NCBI GenBank assembly: GCA_004431415.1
Contig: QPMI01000262.1
Location: 1-64,000, forward strand
Length of the DNA: 64,000 bases
Direction: 5' to 3'
Origin: Cyanophora paradoxa CCMP329
Taxonomy: Eukaryota; Plantae; Glaucophyta
Under the pieces are notes generated by a model. The model had not been told where the DNA came from. It worked only from the letters and a program-made list of their open reading frames with translations, and did no database searches. The translations under genes and the position numbers were made by a program. The stretch's first letter is position 1; each line of letters opens with the position of its first letter. Shown one piece after another: positions 48,699-58,800 of the stretch.

Positions 48699-50076
48699 TC
48701 ACTGGACGAGGTCGCCGGTGTCCTTGCGGGGCTTGGAGCCCGGGACGAGCTCGCGCACCTCGCAGTTCCCCACCCAGTACTCCCTGCCCGGCGCGCGTGT
48801 CGGCGGGTCCGGCGGGGCGGGGCGGGGCGGGGCGGGGCGGGGCGGGCGGGGCGGGGCGGGGCGGGGCGGGTGCGGACAGGAAGTTGCGGAGGTCCTCGCC
48901 GGCGAAGGCGCACTGGAGGATCTTGATGGGGTCGCCGTGCGAGACGAGGGCCACGCAGCTCGGCGCCGGCAGCTCCGCCTCCAGCCGCGCGATCAGCCGC
49001 ATCATCCGCTCCTGCACCTGCCCCGCCCCGCCCCGCCCTCACCTCCCCGCCCGGACACGGCCCGGCGCGGCGCGGCGGGACAGGCGCGCCTCGCAGACGG
49101 ACTCGGCCCCGGCGAACTTGTTCGAGGGGTCCTCCCTGTCGGCATCCCACACGTCCTGCGCCCCGCCGAGTCGGCAAGGGCGGGGCGCAGCGGCGCGGCG
49201 GGCGCGAGGGGCGGGGCGGGGCGCACATCGACGGGGAGGCGCTGGCCGGAGGGCCGCCGCTCGAGCACGCTCTGCTTCGGCAGGCCCGTCCCCGCCTTCC
49301 CCTGCCCCTGCCCCTTCTCCTTCTCCGTCGCGTCCGTCGTCGGCCGCCCCGCGTGCTCCCCGCTCTCTTGCGCCCGGATCAGATTGGAGCCCTCGATGTC
49401 CCCTGCGTGCCGCGCCGCCGCCTGGGTCAGCTGCCGAAGCCACGCGCGCGGGCGGGCGAGAAGGCGCGGCGGGCACCGAAGAAGCGCTCGCGGAGCTCCG
49501 GGGCGATCATGAACGAGGAGGCGCGCAGGGTCCCGTTGAGGCCCTCCGCCGTCTCCCGTGCCCGCGTGAAGTCCGACGTCGCCACCACCCACGGCCGCCC
49601 CTCAGTCGGGACCGCTTTCAGCAGCTCGCCCGCCGCGCGCGCTTGCGCGTGGCCCTTCTCTGCAAGAGGGCGCGGCGTCAGGAAACGAGCCGCCCTCCGC
49701 GCACTCGGCAGCGAGGGACGCGGGGACGGCAGCGAGGGATGCGCTCGGCAGCGAGGGGCGCACCTGTGAGACCATACAGAGGCCCACAGCCCTCTTCAAC
49801 GTTCGAGACGAGGATGCCCGCAACGTTGGCCTTTTTCATGCGCGAGAGCGCGACCACATTACGTCAGCGGCGATTGGTGCGCAGGCCACGAACTCGTGGG
49901 CATGCGCCTAGGTATGCGCGCCATAGCTAGGCATCAATTGCAATGCGCACCTTCGACTGGCCGTGGCGAACTGTAAAGTAGGTGTGGCGCAGCGGCGCGC
50001 GCAGGAGCTCGATCGGGTGCTGGGCGAGGTTCTTGATGATGATCTGCCGCGCTGCAGGAGGCACGATGGGCGCCAT
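48699..50076 (-). CDS. Histidine phosphatase / phosphoglycerate-mutase-like protein, multi-exon
   Basis: YFTVRHGQSK|ANVAGIL, GLT|EKGHAQA, TSDFTRARETA, ELRERFFG, AESV, LVSHGDPIKILQ. Confidence 0.92.
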
Positions 50077-50602
50077 TTTGTCTGCCGCACGTGCTGCGAC
50101 AGCGAACGAGAGAGCGCGTTGCGAACGAAGTAAAGCTCTACCCAAGCGCCAGCAGAGCAATGCGAATTCACATCAGTTACGTTATCGATATCCGGACTCG
50201 GTGATGATCGCCGAGTCTGATCTAGATCTAGATCGCTCTGTGTGGTACTCTAGCTTGTACGTACGCGCGGCTGCGTGCGTACGCGTATTTATTCAGCCTG
50301 CAGCTGGCAGACTTTCGATTCGGCTGCTTGTACGTTTTCGGCTGCGGCTGCTTGTACGTTTTCAAGTTTAATTTTTCAGCGTATGCGCATGCATGCGCAT
50401 GTGCACGTGCACGTGCATGTGCAGCGCAGCCGCGCGCTGATCATGATCGATATCATGATCATGAGCTGACCGGATATCCGACCACGGCCGAACGTTCACT
50501 ACATGTATACATACGCGCGCTCTACATGTACATCTGGATCGCTATAAACCTCTGATAATAAGCGCCATCTATAGCTGAAGAAGTCATCGGATCGGATCGC
50601 GC

Positions 50603-51457
50603 TTAGGCTTTGGGATCGATATCCGGGTCGGAGGAGGGGAGGGGCAGCTCGTCGCGGACCGCCTCGAAGAGGATCTGCCCCAGGTGGTCGTAGCCCGCCG
50701 GCGTGCAGTGCACCCCGTCCTCTGCGCGCGCAATGGACGTCGACCATTACGATCCGGGGCCGGCCGCGGTCGCGGAGGGCGCGCGCGCGTGACGGCGCGC
50801 GGCTGCAGGGACGGGGGAGCTCGAGATGGGCAGACGCACGCTCCCACCAGCGGGCCTGGACGGCGTTCGGCTTGACGACGGGCATGTGTGAGGCGAAGTC
50901 GACGTAGGGCCACCGCTGCCTCGCAGCGAGCTCCCGCAGCCTCCTGTTCGCCTCCTGCCGCTCCTCCCGGAAGCCCCCGTCGGACGCCTCCCAGCTCGCC
51001 TCGGGGATGTTGATGAGAACGGGGCGCGCGCCGTGCGCGGCCGCCGCCGTCGCCATCTGCTCCAGCGACGCGAAGATCTCATCCCCCGGCACTTGGGAGA
51101 ATAGATCGTTCGTTCCTGCCAGCTCCGTCACCTCAGCTGAACTGCGGCAGCTGCCCGGTGGCCACTGGCCAGCTGCAGTGCATGCGCACCGCCCAGCAGG
51201 GAGACCCAGCCGTAGGGCCGCGAAGCCTTGGCGGCATCCTCGAGGATGCGGGTCAGTCGCGGTACCATGGTTTCCGTCGCCATCTCGCCCGGGATGCCCG
51301 CCTCGTCGATGTCGATGGCAGCGCTCTCGCCGAGCCGTTGCCGCAGCAGCATTGAGAGCCGTTTGATGTAAGGGTGAAATCGCATTCCTCCATCGTGAAA
51401 GCCAGCCGTCAACGAATCCCCAAAGGCGAGCCAGCGCAGCGGGCGAGCCGCCGACAT
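50603..51457 (-). CDS. SGNH/GDSL-type hydrolase, multi-exon
   Basis: Block I AFGDSLTAG, block II GIPGE, block III GTNDL, block V DGVH..PAGY. Confidence 0.9.
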
Positions 51458-51671
51458 GGCGCCGACGTGCGACTCGATCGACACCACACCGGCTCAATCA
51501 ACACGGGACTCAACTGGCTTAGCTTGAAATCGGCGCAGCGCCGGGGGCGTTCTTGAGAAACGTACGCGAGACCAGCGGCCAAACACTTACCCCCCTGGGC
51601 CTCGCCGCCGAGTCGCCAAGCCCTCGGTTAACCAGCACGAGCCAGCAGCGCCTGCGATTGCGCGGGATCGC

Positions 51672-53414
51672 ATGGAGCTCGCGCTCGTGGGGCAGAGCGC
51701 TCCCCGGCGCAGCGCCGTGTCTGCACGTCGGCGGGGCTCGAGCGACCCGTTCGCGTGCCAGTGCCCAGCAGAGCCAGTGCGGCCACCTGCGGCGTTCTCG
51801 ATTACGGCTTGGAGCTCGATACGTTGGAATGCGGCCCCGCTGGGCCTCGGTGGAGCGCTGCAGCTGCATTCGGCGCTCCGAACGTCCTCACCAATGCAGC
51901 GGCAGGCGGGGATTGCGTTTCAATGGAAGCTGCTCAGCTCTTCAGGCGTGGGGCGGCCATCGGCGTTCAGGGCGTTGCGAAGAAAGCGGCATACGGGCGC
52001 CGCGGTACAGACGACGCCGGCGCCGACCATGGCGAGCGATGCGCAGCAGAGCAGGCGGCAGACGCGAAAAGAGGTCCCAGAGATCCCCACAGAGCCTCCA
52101 CCGGGCGCGGCAGACGAGGAGGAGCCGCTGCGGTGGGGCCCGGGCGAGGAGATCGAGGACTGGTCCCTCGCGGGCGTGCGGCCCGACCTAATGGCCGAGT
52201 GGGACCACGAGATCAACTCCGCCGCCGATCTTAACCCTCTCCTGCTCTTCCCCGGCAGGTGCGCCCCCCTTCAGCTTCGGGGCCCGTCGAACCGCGGGGC
52301 CGCCGACCGCTCGCGCGCGCGCTCCGCAGCGGCAAGCGGGCGGCCTGGGTGTGCACCGAGAACCCCGAGCACCGCTGGTTCGCACGCATCTGCGACCGGA
52401 ACCGGGGCCGCGGGTGTCCGGAGTGCGCGAAGGAGCGGCGGGCGGCGGCGGCGCGGCGGAAGGGGCGGGGCGTGGTGAGCGTGGCGGAGTTCGCGCCGGA
52501 GCTGCGGGAGGAGTGGGACGCGGGGGCGAACGGGGACCTCCGGCCTGAGGACGTCCCGGCCATGTCCAGCCGCTCCGTCGCCTGGCGCTGCGCGTGCGCC
52601 GGCCCCTCCCCTCCGCGCCCCGCCCCGCGGCGAGCGGGGCGCGCGGGCGGGCGGGGCGCAGGGAGTGCGGGCACCGGTGGAGGCGCGGGTGTCGAACCGG
52701 ACGGCGCTGGGGACGGGGTGCCCGAGCTGCGCGGGGCGCGTGCCCGGGGAGGGCGAGAGCCTCGCCGAGGCCGAGCCGGGCCTTGCCGCCGAGTGGCACC
52801 CCCGCCGCAACGCCCCGCTCCGCCCCGCAGCGCGCCCCGTCCCCTCCCCTCCCGCCCCGCCCCAGAGGGCGCTGCTGATCGCACGGGAGCGCAGGAGGTG
52901 CTGCCGGGGTCGGCGCGGGCTGTGTGGTGGCGGTGCATCGCGTGCGAGCACGAGTGGCGGGCGCGAGTGGCCTCGCGGGCCGGCGAGCAGCGCGCCGGCT
53001 GCCCCGCCTGCGCCGGCGCCCTCCTCACCTCCGACAACTCCCTCGCCGTGCCCGCCCTGCCCCCCCGCCCGGCCCCGCCCCGGGGCCTGCGGCCTGCGAT
53101 GCGAGGCGGGCGGGGCAGGCGCTCTTCCCGCACGTGGCGGCCGAGTGGCACGCCGAGCGCAACGGCGACCTCCGGCCCAACGACGTCTTCCCCATGCGCG
53201 CCCCGCCCCGCCCCGCCGGCCGGCACCGCCGCGGCCGCAGCTGAAGGAGCGGGGCGGGGCCGGCAGGACGAACCGGAGCTTCTGGTGGGCGTGCCCACGG
53301 TGCGGGCACGAGTACCGGGCGCGCGCCTCGAGCCGCACCTACGCCGGCTCCGGCTGCCGCCTCTGCGCCGACAAGCGCAAGCGCCTCGACTCGCGCTACT
53401 GGCTCCCCGCCTAG
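51672..53414 (+). CDS. DUF4379 (zinc-ribbon/treble-clef) repeat protein, four repeats, multi-exon
   Basis: Four modules P.L.AEW....N...P......S.....W.C....H.W.A....R....GCP.CA after a long Ser/Arg/Ala-rich N-terminus. Confidence 0.85.
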
Positions 53415-53595
53415 CCCCCCGCCGCAACGCAACCCCGACCCTTGCCCCGTGCCGCCCATCCTCCCCGTGCCCTGCCCTCGCCGCGCCCCATCCCGCCAGG
53501 AGAGTGAAAGAGACGGCTGAAAGGTGGTATTATGCAGGAGGACCCAAAAAGTCGGGCGCTCGGTCTAGCGCTACCTAGGGGCGAGCCGTGAGAGC

Positions 53596-55325
53596 TCAGT
53601 TCTTCTTCGAGGGGACCTGCGCGCCGGCGGGTCAGGCGGGGCGGCGGCGGGCGGGGCGGGGCGGGCGGACCTTCTTGAGGTAGTCGCCGTCGATCTCGGG
53701 GAGGACGTACCGGAGCTGCTTGATGCTGTAGCCGAGCGACTTGGCGACGGTGATCCACTTGAAGGGCGAGCCCTCCTCCGCCGCCACGCGCGTCGACGCC
53801 GCGCGCTTGGCGATCGCCGTCTCCGCAGCGCTGCCACCCGCCCTTAGTGAACAGGGCCGCCCGACCGCGGCGAAGCGTGGGCGCGGGCGCGCGCACCGGG
53901 GGAAGCCGAGCTTGCGGGCCCAGTCGGTGCCGTAGCGGGGGGTGGCGAGGCGGAAGGGGGTCTGGCCGATGGCGCGGCCCGAGAGGACGCGGTCACGCTG
54001 GAACGGCACGACGAAGTCTGCGGGGCTGGTTGGGAGGCGCGGCGCCGGCGGGGTGGGGCGACGAGGCGCGGGGGCGCCGGGCCGCCGGCGCACCGCCGAA
54101 GTTCTCCATGTACTCCTGCGAGTCCTGGAGGGCCTGGACGAAGCCAGCGACGCCCTCGTTCACTGCGAGCGCGTCAGCGGCGGCGGCGGGCGGGGGAGCG
54201 GGGCGGAGGGGGGCGGACCGATGACGATGGACCAGGCGATGCACTCGAGCTCCGAGTAGACGTCGCGGCCGAGCACGCGCTGGATCACGATCTTCGCGAA
54301 GCTGCGCCGCCAGGCTCGGCGAGGGCGCGGCGCGGCGCGGCGAGGGGCCCGCACCGGTAGTTGTTGTTCGGCTGGAAGTTGAGCTCGAGGAAGGCGTTCG
54401 AAGTCACCTGCGGCGAGCCGTCAGGCTCGGACGAGCGCCAGGAGGGCCGGAGACGACGCACGAGGCCGAAGATGAAGTCCTTCACGGTGATCTCGCCGTT
54501 GCGGAACTGTCGGCGCGTGTCAGGCCGGTCGTCTGAATCTGTGCGCGCGGCTGTGGCGGCTATCACCTGGCTCTCGAGCGCCGGCTGCTTGGTGTACTTG
54601 ATGCTCTGGTGCTACGCGGCGCAAAGGATATGGCGTCAGCTTTCGCGAGCAGATGACCAGACCTGCCAACCTCGGAGAAGATCTGGCGGTACGCGGCGTA
54701 GACGATCTCCTGCAAATGCTCGTCGTAAACAAAATGAAACAGAAAGCAAACAAATTAACTGGATAGCCAGGCACGCACATCGAGGTCGTCCGGGTTGGTG
54801 GTCTTCTCGATGCTGAAGTCCTTGGCCTTCTCATCGCTGATGGCCTGGCCGATCGCCGCCACACGGTTGTTCTGGCAGTTCGGCTTGTAGGCGATGAGCG
54901 GGAGCGCGGCCTTCACCTGCGAATGCGCGCGACCATTAATTGGCAACCGCCGCCATAGACGCCCGCGGCGCCGCCGTCCGACTCCGCAATGCTCTCAGTC
55001 AACCGACTGATGCTATGCTGGATGTAACACCTACGATTCGCCGGAATCCGACGGCCGCGCGAACCTCGAAGGTGCGGGCAGCCTGGAACGAGGCCGCCGG
55101 CTGGGCAACCGCCGCGCCGGAAAGCTCCTTACGGATGCCAGTCGACACAAAGTCGCTCTTCAGGACCCTGCGCGCGGCGCTCCGGCTGGTGAGAGGTCCG
55201 TGCCGATGCGTCGCGCGCAAGTTCCAATCCAGGGCTAAAGCGCTCGGGGGCTGGATTTCGCACTTGGTCGTCGGGGCGACGACGCCGGCCGAGGCGAGAA
55301 CGGGGGCAGCGGTGACGAACGCCAT
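53596..55325 (-). CDS. cpcG: Phycobilisome rod-core linker polypeptide, nuclear-encoded with transit peptide
   Basis: ALPLIAYKPNCQNNRV, ALESQFRNGEITVKDFIFGL, NNNYRF..IQRVLGRDVY, IAWSIVI, EYMENFG, VPFQRDR, TPRY. MAFVTAAP transit peptide. Confidence 0.93.
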
Positions 55326-55891
55326 CTTTTCGGCTGCGAACTGAATCCTAGGGGGGGGTAGGGGGAGGGGTATGGCAGATCTTGGACGGGCATCGGCAGC
55401 GCTGGCGCGTCGCTCTCTGAGGCGTTAGCGACAGTGTCATGGGATTGCGTGAGCGACTTTCAGCCACGACGAGTAACTGCCCGCACTTTGTGTGTAACTG
55501 CCGGCGCGGGGTAACAGCCCACTTCGTTCGCAGCCTGCCCCCCATCCCCTTCCGATCCTGCTTTGCGTCGCGTCACATATCCCGTCAGGCAACCGGCTGA
55601 CCCAGCAAGCACAGCACACATAGGAATAGACTTCGTCAGTCGCCAGCAAGACAGATCGGCGCAGGATCGCTGCGAGAAGAGCCGGTACGGTGACGTACGC
55701 AAGTGATCGGGACCCCTGACCTTCGGGCTCCCGATCGGGCGAGACCGGCTCGGCAGAGGACGCCGGCGGGCCTTGAAGACGTCTTGAAGTGAGGACGCGT
55801 GCTAGCGCACAGCGCCCGGAGGAGTACGCCCTAGGCCTGTGGCCGAACCTCGAACCCTCGTCATCGATATCAAGCGCCTCCTCTGGCAGCC

Positions 55892-58800
55892 ATGGAGGCC
55901 TTCCTGCGGGTTTTCAACATCAACTTGAACTGCTTCGACTGGGGGCGCAGCGATGACTCGGGGCCCCCGACTCCGATCCCGGAGCGCCCCCTGTGCGCGC
56001 CTTCGAAATCGGGGGTGCGGGCGCGCCCTGCCAGGCTGACCCGTCCCGTCCCGCGCAGGACGCCGCGGGAGAAGGAGCCGCCGGCGTCATGCCCGGAGCT
56101 GGCGGGCGCCCCGGGGCTCCCCGCCGAGAGCCCTAGCGCGGCCCCCGCGCCGGCCGAGCTGCCGCACAGCGCCTCGCTCGCCCGTTCCTCCTCGTTCCCC
56201 GTCGCGAGGCCCCACGTGCGCGGGGGCCCCTCCTCCAGGCGGCGGGCGGGGCGGGGCTGACGCGGGGCGGGGGCAGCACGAGGAGGAGAAGGACCGGGTG
56301 CGGCCGGGGTCGGGCTCCAGCGGCGGCGCCTCCTTCCCCGTGCTCGCCCTCACCGAGGAGCCGCCCGCCCCGCCGGCGGCCCCCGCCGCCCCGGCTGCGG
56401 CGAAGGCGGCGCCGGGGGCGACCCTGGCGGCGCCGCCGGCGTCGGCGCCGCGGCTGTCGCCGGTGCCGGAGGAGGCGGCGGGGGGCGGGCACGCGGAGGC
56501 CCACCCGCGCTTCCGCGCCCGCGTCGTCTCCTGCCCCGGCGAGGTCCCCCGCCCCGCGCCCCGGCCCCGCCCGCCCCCGCCGACCCCGCGCAGCCCGAGG
56601 CCGTCGCTGCTGCCGCCGCTGCGGCCGCGGGGCCGGGGTGCTGCCGCGGGCGCCGGAGCTCGGGCTGGCGATCCGGACGGGGAGCCCGCACACGCCGGGG
56701 CCCGAGGCCTCGCCGGCCGGCAGGGAGGCGGCGACGCCCAAGGGCGAGGGCGAGGCCCCGGGCTCGCCGGCCGGCGTCGCGCGCAAGGAGCGCCGCCCGT
56801 CGTCGATCGCGTCGCTCGCGGCGGCGCAGAAGAGCTCGTTCCACTTCGCCTCGCGGTGCGCCCCGCGGGGCCGCCGCCCCGGCGGCGCGGGCTGACGGAG
56901 GGCGGCGGGGCGCAGGGCGTCGAAGGCGCCGGAGGCGGGCAAGCCGCCCGGCGAGGAGCGCATGAAGCGCCTCATCGACGTCGTCATGGCCGGTCCGCCC
57001 CGCCCCCGTCCCCCCCCCCGCCCGGCGCGGCGGGGCCTGGCGGGGGCCGACGGGGCGCGGCAGCGATCCCGAAGGCGATGGCGGAGGGGGCGGGGGACGA
57101 CGAGGCGGCGATCGCGGCTCTGGTGAGCAACATCAAGACGTCGGTGCTGGAGGCGCGCGGGGCGGAGGAGCAGCGGCCGTCGAGCCGCGTCAAGAAGGAC
57201 GCCCAGGTCGTCCTGAAGCGCATCGAAGAGAAGCGCCTCGAGCACAAGGCCCGCCCCCGCCCCCGGCCCCGCCCCCGGGAGCCACCCGCCAGAAGCCCCG
57301 CCTTGGCTGACGCCTGCGGGTGCGGGGGGCCGCGCAGGTGCACTGCGCGCAGATCGCGCCGGCGGTGTTCGTGTCGATCGCGGAGGAGTTCGGGCTCGCC
57401 CCCGGCACCCTCAAGCCCTCGCAGCTCGTCCAGGCCCTCAAGCGCATCGGCTTCGACCACGGTGCGGCCCCCCGCCCCCCGGCCCTCGAGCCGGGCCGAG
57501 GCGGGGCGGGGCGGGCAGTGTTCGACCTGCGGTACGCGGCGGACGTGACGATCATGGAGGAGGGCAGCGAGCTCCTCGCCCGGTGCCCCCGCGCCCCCCC
57601 GGCCCGCCCCCGCTCCCCCGCCCCCCCTCACGCCCCGCCCCGGGCTCGGGCGCGCAGGCTCAAGTCGGGGGGCCCCTTCCCGATGTTCACGTCGTGCTGC
57701 GCCGGCTGGCTGCGCTCCGCGGAGGAGGAGTACCCGTGCGGCGGCCCGTCCCCTCCCCGTCCGCGCAGGGGGCCGAGGGGGCGGGCAGGGACCTGCTCAA
57801 GCACCTCTCCTCCTGCAAGTCGCCCATGACGATGAACACCAGCCTCGTCCGCCCGCCCCGCCCCGCCCCGCCCCGGCCCCCGCCGCCCCGCCCTCCGCGC
57901 CCCGCTGAGGCGGCCCCCGCCAGATCAAGTCCTTCTTCGCGAAGAGCATCGAGGCGGACCCCGCGACCGTCGTCGTCACCTCCATCATGCCCTGGTCCCC
58001 GCCCGAGGCCCCTCGCCGGGGGCGCCCCGGCCCGCCTGACGCTGCGGGGGGCGGGGCAGCACAATCAAGAAGGTGGAGGCGCAGCGGCCGCAGCTGCTGG
58101 AGGCGGTGCACCACACGGACCACGTGATCACGACGCGCGAGCTGGCGGCCATCTTCCGCGCGATGGACCTCAACTGGGACGACCTCGACGGCGCCGGGCC
58201 CTCCTCCGAGTTGTCCGCCACGCTTCCCCACACGTTCCTCCACGTCTGCTCGCCCCGCTCCCGCCTCGCCGACCCGCGCCGGCAGCTCGTCGTGGATGGG
58301 CCCGGGCTCGGGGGCCGGCGGCATCTTCGGCGTGACGGGCGGCGTGATGGAGGCGCTTTAACTCTCTCTTCTTTCGAGCTTGGACGAGCTTGGCCTGACG
58401 CAGCGGCAGGCGGCGCTGCGGACGGCGTACGAGCTGGCGACGGGGAAGCCGCTGGAGAACGTGAAGATCGAGGAGCCGCGCGGGCTCTTCGGCCTCAAGG
58501 AGGGCGCCCTCGAGGTCGCGGGCGTCGGCGAGCTCAAGTTCTGCGTCGTCGACGGCCTCACCAACATCAAGCCCGCCCCGCCCCCCGCCCCCGCCCCGGC
58601 TCCTCGAGGCGCTTCCCGCTGACCCCGCCCCGCCCTGCGGCAGGCGCGTGATGGAGCAGACGCGCGCCGGCGAGTGCCCCTACCACTTCGTTGAGATCAG
58701 TGCGCGCGCCCCGCCGCGTCGAACCCGCCTGCACCGCGTCGGCGTCGGCGTGACGGCCTCCCCTCACTCCCTCGCTCGCGCGCGCAGTGATGTGCACGAA

